In this document: positions 10,903-20,197 of the stretch, piece after piece
Numbering within the stretch: position 1 is the first letter of the stretch
How the letters are laid out: each line of letters starts with the position of its first letter
From: Desulfotalea psychrophila LSv54
GTDB taxonomy: Bacteria; Desulfobacterota; Desulfobulbia; Desulfobulbales; Desulfocapsaceae
Reading direction: 5' to 3'
Assembly: GCF_000025945.1 (NCBI RefSeq)
Contig: NC_006138.1
Coordinates: 2,700,001 to 2,732,000 of the forward strand
DNA length: 32,000 bases
Translations under genes and position numbers: made by a program
Notes under the pieces: model-generated
The model's database searches: none
What the model was told of the DNA's origin: nothing
The model's input: the letters and a program-made list of their open reading frames with translations, nothing else

Positions 10903-12352
10903 TTTCACCTTCCACGAATTTGTTTGTTTTGAAATAGTGGAGATAGCTTTGATAAATGCCGTCCTTATTCTGCTTATCCATATTATCTTTTTTCGCCTTT
11001 ATGCAGCCAATCGGCAACGGATTCACCCTGTCGGAAAGTGTACTTAAAAGCGAAACCGGTGAATCTGCTTCGGTGATAATTTTGTATAGGTTGAAAGAGT
11101 TCTTAACTTTGTTGCCAATAATATAGTTTTGCGCAGACAGCCAACCGACATTATAATACTGTGCCCTAAGCGAATAAGCCCAAACAAAGGCAAAAACCAC
11201 AAATTGGTTTAACATTTCCAAGTCCATTTTTGCAGGTCGTTCGGGACAAAATCTATCAACATAGAGCAAAATAGTGGTGTCGAACAGCAAGCGTGTGATT
11301 CGGTTACCAACACCATTTTTGTATATTCTCAGGTCAAGTGTTTTTATAATGTCGTTATCATTGATAAAATAGCCTTCATACTTGTCGTTGTTCTGAATGT
11401 CTTTAAGAATTTCAAAGTAGTGTTTTGCATAGTCAAAAAACGGCTTGCCCGCGACAATTGGTGTGTCCAACTGAAACGGTTTAAGATTCCGTATGCCCGA
11501 AACAAAAGGCATTGCGGACTGATTGACCGTATCGGCATAAGCAAATGCCCCTTTGTAGAATTGAGCGTAAGGGAAGTTGTCCTGCCGGGTGATGCCCTTG
11601 AATTGATATATATTATGCTCTGTAAGTCCCCAAGCTTTGTTGCCTTTTATCCATTCTTTCACACGATAGAGATAATCGCTGAACAGTGCCGAGAGTTCTT
11701 TTTGATTTAAGTCCTCCCAACCTTTTACAACCTTCTCGGTTTCTGCTACATCCAAATCGTTCATCTCGCGAAGATGATAAGCCTTAAGCAAATCATGGGG
11801 GTAAAGCTTTTTTCCACGAGCATTTTGCGAATCAAAGAACTGGAAGGCGTCGGATATGTTTTCTGTAATGATAACGATAAGTTCGCAATTATTTTTGATG
11901 TAATCCAGCAATTCCTTGCTATCCTTGTCGTCAATGATATTATTTGTACGTCTTTCCAGTGTGCGGAAGTTATTGGCAATATTACGCGTATTATGTGGAT
12001 TATTTGCAAGAGGCTGCTCTAAAAAACTTATTGAATCAGCACCAAGAGCTTTAAGTAGCAACGTAAAGGTTATAGTTCGCTGTTGCCCATCGACAATGTT
12101 ATATATTGATTCTTCCTCTTGATGGAGGATGAGTGTCCCTACTCGGTAGGTTTCTTTATTTTCATTTTTTGCATCAATAATGTCATCCAGTAGTTGAATT
12201 GCATTTTTTGCTGTCCATTTATAAGGCCGCTGATAATTTGGTATCACCAAGTTAATGTCAGTAATGGTATTGCCGTCTTTATCTTGCGTGATTTTATCGT
12301 GCAACAATAAGTCACCGATTTTGGTTATTGCGAGTTTTAAGCAAGTGGACAA
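10892..12352 (-). CDS. DUF262 domain protein without a recognisable DUF1524 domain (GmrS-like partner)
   Basis: Motifs INLVIPNYQRPYKWTAKNAIQLLDDI, IYNIVDGQQRTITFTLLLKALG and FQFFDSQNARGKKLYPHDLLKAYHLR. TTG start with GGAG upstream. The 3' end overlaps the start of the downstream DUF262 gene. Confidence 0.82.
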   Translation of the reverse strand: MSTCLKLAITKIGDLLLHDKITQDKDGNTITDINLVIPNYQRPYKWTAKNAIQLLDDIIDAKNENKETYRVGTLILHQEEESIYNIVDGQQRTITFTLLLKALGADSISFLEQPLANNPHNTRNIANNFRTLERRTNNIIDDKDSKELLDYIKNNCELIVIITENISDAFQFFDSQNARGKKLYPHDLLKAYHLREMNDLDVAETEKVVKGWEDLNQKELSALFSDYLYRVKEWIKGNKAWGLTEHNIYQFKGITRQDNFPYAQFYKGAFAYADTVNQSAMPFVSGIRNLKPFQLDTPIVAGKPFFDYAKHYFEILKDIQNNDKYEGYFINDNDIIKTLDLRIYKNGVGNRITRLLFDTTILLYVDRFCPERPAKMDLEMLNQFVVFAFVWAYSLRAQYYNVGWLSAQNYIIGNKVKNSFNLYKIITEADSPVSLLSTLSDRVNPLPIGCIKAKKDNMDKQNKDGIYQSYLHYFKTNKFVEGENEN

Positions 12353-12774
12353 ATTATATTCTCCTATTAGAAATATTATTTACCACCGCCTGAACGGCGG
12401 TATATTTTATTCTCGCGTGTTACTTCTTTCAATATTTCTTCGGCTGCAACTATCATTTCAACGCATTGCGCCAATTGCAGTCAACTATATACATGCCGAA
12501 AAATTTCACACATAACGGTTGGATCATGTTGCCAAATTGTTGCTTAGTAAAACTCTCTCTCTATATGTTGGGTCCCTGATGATTTCCCAGGCATCCGTAG
12601 CAAAAGGTTGTTACGAGCATATACATGGACAGAGGATTGCATACTATCTCCACCTACAAAAACAACCCTAGCAGCCGACATCTGTCCTACACTAATTTCA
12701 TATTAAGGGCAAGTAAGAAGCCTTAGGTGATATGGACAGAGAGTTGAGCACCGGAAAAATTTGCGATAAAGGAG

Positions 12775-12880
12775 TTTGACCTGTTTGAGCTAGCCATTTA
12801 AACTCCCGCAAATTTTGAGGAGCACAGGGGAGGCGACCGGAGTGGCGGGGCCAAGCACCTTCGTCTCTTTTGAGGAAAAG
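12775..12880. repeat. Copy B of a dispersed intergenic repeat
   Basis: TTGACCTGTTTGAGC ... GAGGAGCACAGGGG ... CTCTTTTGAGGAAAAGAG is the same block order as at 6.8-6.9 kb. Confidence 0.4.
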
Positions 12881-13429
12881 AGATGATGACTGGATAATGA
12901 CCGAGTAAGTTTTTTTATCCGAACCCTTAAGACGTGTATTGGTTAACTACTTAATTTTAGATAAAAAAATAACAATTCCAAGAGCCCCCTTACTAAACAT
13001 TGATATCTACACAAGCTCTGCAATACCCGTATGAATGGGGGTTGAGGGAAAATATAGAAACTGGTGCAGCCTTGAAAGAGCTCTTGCCCTTGGCAAGGGG
13101 GCTCTGGGGATCATCAGCGGGGCCATGGGGAGAGTTGGTGTAAGCAAAAAAGCCCTGCGTTAAATGATGCTTGGCTTATTTGCCGAGCTTTTTAACAAAC
13201 CCCGGACCCCCCTTACCAAGGGGAGAAGTCTCCACAGTTCATGCAGACTCTCTCATTTTATGATTAAGCGCCAAGAAACATCGGTGAAACTCTTTGATTT
13301 ACTGGCTTCTGGCAAGATGTGTAGATACTAATACTTATCAAAGAGAGGGGTTGCCCCTGCTCATTTCGACCTTTTTCCTGAGGGAGAGGCCCATGAAGAG
13401 ATAAGAGCCAAGGTACTCAAGACGATGAG

Positions 13430-14557
13430 TTAAGAGCTGTTAGAGTTTTTTCGAGCCTGATAGCGGGGAGAATCGCCCCACTCATCCCAGCCAACACTCT
13501 CTCCTATCTGGTCAATACCGCTGACAAGTGCAAGCATGCTCTCATCACAAATCTCATCCTGACCAGGCTTATTTTCATAGAGCTGATAATTTGATTTGCA
13601 CTCAGGCAGGGTGATATTGGGCATAATAACATTTGCCCCGGCCAGAAGTCCCCGTTCACGTCCATCGGGGGCGAGGGCTTGAAGGGCGGTGGTGGCAGCA
13701 ATATTAATATTGGGCAGGAGAATACGGGCAAGGGCTATCATCTTTAGACCTAAATCCATCGATCGCTCAGGATCAGCTATAAAGTCAGGGGCCATCCCCT
13801 GAAGCGGCGCCTCGGCGTGGGGCAGGTAGGGGCCCATCCCGATCATATCCACATCAAGATCACGCAGGGCGAGAAGATCAGTCACCAGATTATCAAGACT
13901 TTGAAAGGGGAGATTAATCATCACCCCACTTCCCACCTGAAATTGGGCCGCACGCAGATCGGAGAGGGCGGTGAAACGACGAGAGTAATGATGGTCCGCC
14001 GGATGCAGGCGAGAATAGAGAGCTGGGGTAAAGCTCTCCATACGGAGCAGATAACGGTGGGCGCCTGCAGCAAACCACCGACGGTAGGTGGCAAGACTTT
14101 GCTCACCCAGGGAGAGGGTGATGCCAAGCCGTCCCTCACTTCGCTCCTTGATCCCAACAATAAGTCTGGTGATCCACTCGGTAAAGGCGGGAGATTGCTG
14201 CTCCCCTGCCTGAATCACCATTGAGCCAAAACGGAGACGAATCGCCTCATCGGCCGCAGAGAACACCTGCTCATCGCTCATCAGATAGCGTTGCACCGAT
14301 CTATTGGAGTGGCGGATGCCACAGTAGTAGCAATCTTTAGCGCAGACATTACTCAGCTCGACCAGACCACGCAGTCGAACACGCTTACCAACATTATCAA
14401 CCTTAATCTCGTAGGCAAGGCGGAAGAGTTGAGCAATATCGGCTCTCGTATCTAAGGAGAGAAGGGTTAAGAGATCACTGCGCTCAAGATTTTCCCTGGC
14501 AATAATCTTTGCAAAAACTCTCTCCCCTTGTTCAGTTCCATATTCCATACTTTTCAC
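13430..14557 (-). CDS. hydE: [FeFe]-hydrogenase H-cluster radical SAM maturase HydE
   Basis: Radical SAM motif CAKDCYYCGIRHSN, GFGSMVIQAGEQ-like segment, LPNINIAATTALQAL. Adjacent to hydG and hydF. Confidence 0.95.
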   Translation of the reverse strand: MKSMEYGTEQGERVFAKIIARENLERSDLLTLLSLDTRADIAQLFRLAYEIKVDNVGKRVRLRGLVELSNVCAKDCYYCGIRHSNRSVQRYLMSDEQVFSAADEAIRLRFGSMVIQAGEQQSPAFTEWITRLIVGIKERSEGRLGITLSLGEQSLATYRRWFAAGAHRYLLRMESFTPALYSRLHPADHHYSRRFTALSDLRAAQFQVGSGVMINLPFQSLDNLVTDLLALRDLDVDMIGMGPYLPHAEAPLQGMAPDFIADPERSMDLGLKMIALARILLPNINIAATTALQALAPDGRERGLLAGANVIMPNITLPECKSNYQLYENKPGQDEICDESMLALVSGIDQIGESVGWDEWGDSPRYQARKNSNSS

Positions 14558-15993
14558 TAAAAAAAGAGATCCCGAGCGCCGGCATATATTTTCTGCAGAC
14601 GCTGTTCCACTCGCTCCCGCATGGCCTGATCTGCCATCTCAGCAAGCTGCTTTTCCACCAACTCAAGCCCTATTTTTTTAGTTGCAGGCAGGGCATAATC
14701 CTCCAGATACTCCGTAAAGGTAAGCAGAGCATTGGGTTGGCAAAAACGCTTCACAAAACCGGGAACAGCAAACTCCATAAAGTGCTCACCAGTGCGACCA
14801 AGACGGTAACATCCGGTGCAAAATGAAGGGATATAGTTGGCCCGGCAGAGTTCGGCAATCACCTCATCAAGGGTGCGAGTGTCGCCAAGCTCAAATTGCG
14901 ATTTGTCCTCTGCCTCATCCTCGCCTGCATAGGAGCCAATGCCAATACTTGAACCGGCATCCATCTGGGAAACACCAAAACGCATCACCTCATTGCGCAT
15001 CTCAACCGATTCCCGAGCTGTAAGAATAAGCCCGGTATAGGGAACAGCGAGACGAAGTACGGCAACAAGATGCTTAAAATCTGCATCGGAGACCCCGGAA
15101 GGAGGGGCATCGGCAAACGCTGAACCTTGAGCAGGTTCAATCCGGGGAAAGGAGATAGTGTGTGGGCCGACTCCAAAACGCTCTTCAAGATGAATGGTGT
15201 GATGAAGTAAACCCATCACCTCAAAGCGCCAGTCATAAAGTCCCATCAGGGCGCCGATTCCCACATCATCAATCCCCGCCTCCATGGCCCGATCCAGGGC
15301 ATGGAGTCGCCACAAATAGTTTGATTTTGGTCCGGCAAGATGAACAGATTCATAGGTCTCTTGGTGGTAGGTCTCTTGAAAAACCTGATAGGTCCCTATT
15401 CCTGCCTCTTTGACCCTGGCAAATCCTGCTAGATCAAGGGGGGCTGCATTGATATTAATCCGGCGAATCTCCCCCCTACCCTTTTTCACCCGATAGACCT
15501 GCTCTACTGTCTTGGCGATAAACTCAGCATCATATTGAGGATGCTCGCCATAGACCATAATGACTCGCTTATGACCGTGGTCAATGAGGGCTTCCACCTC
15601 ATCCTGCAAACCCTGCTCCGTGAGGGTTGTGCGCTGACAGTTGCTGTTTTCACTACGAAAGCCACAGTAACTGCAGTTATTGATACATCTATTGCCGACA
15701 TAGAGCGGAGCAAAGAGAACAATACGGTTGCCATAAACCGCCTGTTTGAGCTGTTCGGCACCGCGGAAAATATCTTGTAAAAGCTCAGGGTCACGAACAT
15801 TAAGCAGGGTCGCAGTCTCTCGGGGCAAGAGGCGTTCCTTGCCCAGGGATTTTGCAATGATCGCATGAATCATTGCCGCATCGGCATCCACGGTTTCCCG
15901 CAGGTCGCTGGCAATTGCCTCTTCGGGAATAAAGGAGCTCAACCCCGTGGTATCAACCGTGACTGGGCCTAAGAGAGAAGATTGCACCGTCAC
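14557..15993 (-). CDS. hydG: [FeFe]-hydrogenase H-cluster radical SAM maturase HydG
   Basis: Radical SAM motif CINNCSYCGFR, QVFQETYHQETYESVHLAGPKSNYLWRL, and the C-terminal auxiliary cluster motif CTGCYR-x20-FC (CX2CX22C). Confidence 0.97.
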   Translation of the reverse strand: MTVQSSLLGPVTVDTTGLSSFIPEEAIASDLRETVDADAAMIHAIIAKSLGKERLLPRETATLLNVRDPELLQDIFRGAEQLKQAVYGNRIVLFAPLYVGNRCINNCSYCGFRSENSNCQRTTLTEQGLQDEVEALIDHGHKRVIMVYGEHPQYDAEFIAKTVEQVYRVKKGRGEIRRININAAPLDLAGFARVKEAGIGTYQVFQETYHQETYESVHLAGPKSNYLWRLHALDRAMEAGIDDVGIGALMGLYDWRFEVMGLLHHTIHLEERFGVGPHTISFPRIEPAQGSAFADAPPSGVSDADFKHLVAVLRLAVPYTGLILTARESVEMRNEVMRFGVSQMDAGSSIGIGSYAGEDEAEDKSQFELGDTRTLDEVIAELCRANYIPSFCTGCYRLGRTGEHFMEFAVPGFVKRFCQPNALLTFTEYLEDYALPATKKIGLELVEKQLAEMADQAMRERVEQRLQKIYAGARDLFF

Positions 15994-17237
15994 ATCCTTT
16001 TATGCGAGTTGATGGTGACAAGCTCAGAAAATGGCGCAGTAACCCGCGGAAGCACCCCTTTCATCAATGAAATTGCCATACCATAATTGGTAATAGGAAT
16101 ACCTAGTTCTCCCGCTTTTTCCAGCCGGGATAGGGTCTCCTGTCGATTAAGCATACAACTGCCACAGTGGATAATAAGTTTATAATCCTCAAGATTCTCT
16201 GGGAAATCTCGCCCTGAGAAAACATCTATTTCCACTTTTTTGCCACTATATTTTCTCAGCCATCTGGGAATCTTTACCCGACCAATATCATCTTCGGTGG
16301 CGTGGTGGGTGCAAGCTTCGGCAATAAGGACTTTATCACCATCAATAAGCTGATCAATAGCCTCGGCCCCGGCCAGCATCTGGGCCATATCACCCTTTAA
16401 GCGCGAGAAGAGAATAGAGAAAGTGGTGCAGGCAAGCTCCTCAGGCGTCTGAGCAACCATCAAATCCACCACCTGGGAATCACAAACCACCAGATCGGGC
16501 AGGCGAGAAAACTCCTGCAAGCAATCAGCATAGCGATCCTCTTTTACCACTGTAATCATCGCCCCATGATCAAGGGCATCGCGGATTGCCTGAACCTGGG
16601 GCAGGATGAGGCGATGCTTGGGCGCTTGCAGATCAATGGGGACAATCATCACCACCCGGGAAAATTGACCAAGCAGATCACCCAAAAGTTTTGGCTCGGT
16701 TATGGGCAGAAGATTGTTCGTCGCAATTGTAGCTGTAAATTCGGTAAGAAAAGCGTCCCGGCCTCCCCGATCAAGGGCATTGCAGGTGAGGAGGTGAAGC
16801 CTGCGAGTTGCCATCTCAGCCCTAAATTGCGGGGAGAGTGGGGAGATATCATAATGGCTGGAAACAACAAGCAGCGGCTTCTTTTTCCCAAGGGCTGTCT
16901 GATAGATAAACTCCTCTATCTCGCCCCACTGATTGGGCTGGATAAGCAGAATCAGCAGATCAACCCGAGCAAAAACAGCACGGGTTTTCTCGGTGCGAAG
17001 ATGGCCAAGGGCACTCTCATCATCAAGGCCTGCTGTATCATGGAGAACTACGGGGCCCAGGGGCAACAGCTCCATACTCTTCTCCACCACATCGGTGGTG
17101 GTGCCGGGCTGGGACGAGGCGATCGCAACATCTTGATCCACCAAAAAATTTAGAAATGTCGATTTGCCCACATTGGTTCGGCCAAAGATACCGAGATGGA
17201 GCCGCATCGATTTTGGTACTGTTTGCATAAAAACCAC
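15990..17237 (-). CDS. hydF: [FeFe]-hydrogenase H-cluster maturation GTPase HydF
   Basis: P-loop GRTNVGKSTF at the N-terminus, SSQPGTTTDVVEKSMELLPLGPVVLHDTAGLDD, and a C-terminal HCGSC cluster motif. Overlaps hydG by 4 nt. Confidence 0.96.
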   Translation of the reverse strand: MVFMQTVPKSMRLHLGIFGRTNVGKSTFLNFLVDQDVAIASSQPGTTTDVVEKSMELLPLGPVVLHDTAGLDDESALGHLRTEKTRAVFARVDLLILLIQPNQWGEIEEFIYQTALGKKKPLLVVSSHYDISPLSPQFRAEMATRRLHLLTCNALDRGGRDAFLTEFTATIATNNLLPITEPKLLGDLLGQFSRVVMIVPIDLQAPKHRLILPQVQAIRDALDHGAMITVVKEDRYADCLQEFSRLPDLVVCDSQVVDLMVAQTPEELACTTFSILFSRLKGDMAQMLAGAEAIDQLIDGDKVLIAEACTHHATEDDIGRVKIPRWLRKYSGKKVEIDVFSGRDFPENLEDYKLIIHCGSCMLNRQETLSRLEKAGELGIPITNYGMAISLMKGVLPRVTAPFSELVTINSHKRM

Positions 17238-17281
17238 AAAAGAAGAGTACTCCGCCAGAGCGAACTCTGGCGGAGAGAAGA

Positions 17282-18733
17282 TTACTTGTCGAGAATGCTG
17301 GGGCTATTTTTGGCAAAATCCTGGCACTTTTTGGTCGCCTTCTTCAAGGAGATCAGATTAGCAGGTCCGGCAACACAGCCACCTTCACAGCCCATGACTT
17401 CGATAAAGTTGCCGGGAGCCTCTCTCTTTTGGCTATAGCGCTTGAGTTCGCGCATGCTCATCTTGTCAAGACCATTGATACTTATCGGCTTTACCTCAGT
17501 TCGATCACCAATCATTGCGGTGATGCCAGCGGTAACACCACCAGTCACCGGAAAGCTACGACCCTCCCGCATAGCAGGAAACATATATTCGCCATCTTCG
17601 CACTGCTCAAAGTCAATTTCAAGGGCGGCAAAAAGGCTACCAAGCTCCTGGAAGGTCAGCACATAATCAACGCCCTCATCCCGAGCACCCTCTTTACGCT
17701 TGGCCACACAGGGACCAATAAAAACAGTCTTATAGTTTGAATCTACGGCCTTGACCTTGGCTGCGGTGTAGTGCATTGGCGTTCTGGTATCCGAAACAAA
17801 TTCGCCAAGATCAGTGAGGTGCTTCCTCACCAGCATGGTATAAGCAGGACAGCAGGATGTGGTCATAAATGGTGCACCTTCCTCCATCCGCTCCACAAAC
17901 TCCTCCGCCTCTTTATGAGCGGTGATATCAGCCCCACTTGAGACTTCCGCCGCCTGAGCAAAGCCTATTTTTTTTAGGGCCGTCACAAGCTTTGCCATGC
18001 TGGCATCAAACTCTCCGGCAATGGCAGGAGCAACCATTGCAACCAACTTCTCCCCTGACCTCATCGCCTTGAGCACATCAAGCATTTGTGACTTTTCAAG
18101 TACAGCCGCAAAGGGACATTGGGCCATACACTTTCCACAAAAGATACAGAGATCATAATCAATAACCTGACGGCCCGAAACATCCTTTGAAATTGCACCG
18201 ATGGGGCAAGCTACTTCACAGGGAATGGGAATTTGAACAATTGCGTGGTAGGGACAGACCTTCAGACATTTTCCACAATTGATGCAGAGATTCGAATCAA
18301 TATGCGATTTTCCCTGAACCATGGTGATAGCATCTTTAGGGCAGCTCTGAATACAGGCTTGGGCAAGACATCCCTGACAGGCATTGGTAACCTCATAATG
18401 GGTACGAACACAGGCATTACACGCCTCATCAATAAAGGTGAGGGTGGTGGAAGTTACTGAATCACGCTTAAGCGCCATCTCTGCATATTCAGCCAGAGAC
18501 TTCAGCTCGTCATCATCTTGTTCAATAGCAAATCCCAAAAAAGCCATACAGCGATAGCGAATAATTGCCCGCTCGCGCCAGATACAGCAACGGGAGCTTG
18601 CCTTTTGGTCTCTAGGCCGCATCTGAATGGGGATGGCATTAACATTTCCAGCAAAATCATCGCTAAAAAAAGCCTTGGTGATAAGATTAAGAACTTCATG
18701 ATTGATAGTGCTGTGATAACTTTTGAAATACAT
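17282..18733 (-). CDS. [FeFe]-hydrogenase, monomeric ferredoxin-domain type
   Basis: H-cluster motifs TSCCPAY, FIGPCVAKR and IEVMGCEGGCVAG. N-terminal ferredoxin-type cysteines include CINCGKCLKVCPYHAI and CIFCGKCMAQCPFAAV. Confidence 0.93.
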   Translation of the reverse strand: MYFKSYHSTINHEVLNLITKAFFSDDFAGNVNAIPIQMRPRDQKASSRCCIWRERAIIRYRCMAFLGFAIEQDDDELKSLAEYAEMALKRDSVTSTTLTFIDEACNACVRTHYEVTNACQGCLAQACIQSCPKDAITMVQGKSHIDSNLCINCGKCLKVCPYHAIVQIPIPCEVACPIGAISKDVSGRQVIDYDLCIFCGKCMAQCPFAAVLEKSQMLDVLKAMRSGEKLVAMVAPAIAGEFDASMAKLVTALKKIGFAQAAEVSSGADITAHKEAEEFVERMEEGAPFMTTSCCPAYTMLVRKHLTDLGEFVSDTRTPMHYTAAKVKAVDSNYKTVFIGPCVAKRKEGARDEGVDYVLTFQELGSLFAALEIDFEQCEDGEYMFPAMREGRSFPVTGGVTAGITAMIGDRTEVKPISINGLDKMSMRELKRYSQKREAPGNFIEVMGCEGGCVAGPANLISLKKATKKCQDFAKNSPSILDK

Positions 18734-18841
18734 AGATGTAACTCACCAAAGAGAAAATTAACAGGGAAGAGAAGTGCAAGCCCCCCACAAATGACACAGA
18801 AACAACATTCCTCCCAGCCTCTTCTGCACCGCTGACAAGAG

Positions 18842-19028
18842 CTTAGAGCCTATCAGAAAATAACATGCACATCTTGCATCTCAGCTTCGGGCCATCTTCG
18901 ACCGCTTCTCAATCGCAAAATCCTCGATGTAGCCCTGCTACGTCTGCAGTTTTGCTCAATCGGCGCGGCCAAATCTAACCCAAGCCTGAGCGAAATTTTG
19001 GCCATCTTATTTTGTAACAGACCCTTAG
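18842..19028. repeat. ~187 bp palindromic element with imperfect terminal inverted repeats (MITE/REP-like candidate)
   Basis: The left end CTTAGAGCCTATCAGAAAAT matches the reverse complement of the right end ATTTTGTAACAGACCCTTAG at 14/20 positions. Centre: GCAAAATCCTCGATGTAGC-CCT-GCTACGTCTGCAGTTTTGC. Confidence 0.55.
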
Positions 19029-20197
19029 CCCACGAAACATTCCGCGAAATTTTTAGATAGAGGAAAGTTTACTTGTAAAATATTCAGCAAACGAAAACAA
19101 TGTTTATTTACCACCCCAAAACCCTTATTTATGCTAGGTATGCGCAATTTCTTTATTATCAAAAACTTAATTTGTTCCAGTAAAAAACAGTTTGTTGCAA
19201 AACGAGACAACAGCACACCTTTCCTTCGATCACACTTCACCTATTTACCAACACCAAATTCTCATTAACTCCCATATCTCCATTCTCTTTTTCAGCAGAA
19301 AATGATAGTTACCCGTCTCCTTATCAACTCAATCAAAAGGAAAATAATTTTAAAATATTATGCATTTATTGGCGGATTACTTCTTGCTGGAGCAAGCAGC
19401 GCCCTCGCAGCCCCCATTTGCCAAAATAGAAAAACAGCTTGAAACAGATCACCCAAGCGTTGAACTCACCCGTCTTATCTCCGACAAAGGCGAGAAAAAC
19501 GAGATCATGGCCTCTACCAAGAGCTTCTGGACCAGCTTCCAACCGAAGATGTTAAGATGAAAGCAACCCAACTCATCAAACTTCTCCGGGGGAAGGCGGA
19601 ATAAAGGCCAGACCAGGGGGAAGCATCTCAGCCGACAGGTAGCCCCCACGGGCAGATATTTGTGAATCTCATTAATCATTTCTGACCTGGGCTAGAGCAT
19701 AAAAGCCAATGCCTTGATCGTTAGCATATCTCTGGCAAGTTGCACGCTATCAGAAACGGCAACGGCAAGAGCAAGGACGGTTAACCACGGCTTAGAGGTC
19801 ACAGAGATTTTTTAGTTCTCTACAGGAAAGATATAGTGCAGCTCCCCCTCTGAGAAGTGGAGGTGACTTGAGGGCAACTTCATCCCCCTAAACTTCTGTT
19901 TAAGTAGACCTCTATGGTGTTGGGTCCCTGCACAGCTTCAAGCAGATAAGTTCTGCACTGCGCTACTCGCCTCTACACAGAAGGCACGGGTTTTCTGCGC
20001 AGAAGGCTGTGATCATGGGTAGCTAACGATGCTTAATCATTGACCATAACAATAAAATTGTGTATTTAAGAAAACTGACGTTTAAATTGTAAAATACAAT
20101 ATATATTGGGCCTAGCCTTGAACTCTTACCAAACAAAACGTAAACAATTTCAATCTATTAGCAGACAGTTACTTATCTTTTATGTGGAGTTGCAAAC

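Noticed and set aside
12353-13429. Possible additional gene between the DUF262 pair and hydE
   Set aside because: Only one short ORF overlaps the region. No recognisable motifs or convincing SD were found, so it was treated as intergenic or decayed DNA apart from the repeat copy.
13504-18835. Many small ORFs on the opposite strand inside the hyd genes (e.g. 13817..14224, 15504..15866, 16566..17153)
   Set aside because: They are shadow ORFs of confidently identified hydE/G/F/A and have no recognisable motifs.
19360-19560. 66 aa ORF and an overlapping signal-peptide-like stretch (YYAFIGGLLLAGASSALAAP) in another frame
   Set aside because: Both frames are short and terminate quickly. This may be a decayed exported protein gene, but support is too weak to call a feature.
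12571-19935. Shared 13-mer TGTTGGGTCCCTG near 12.57 kb and 19.92 kb, considered as att or IS ends
   Set aside because: An exact match this short is expected by chance in a 32 kb window and the flanks do not align.
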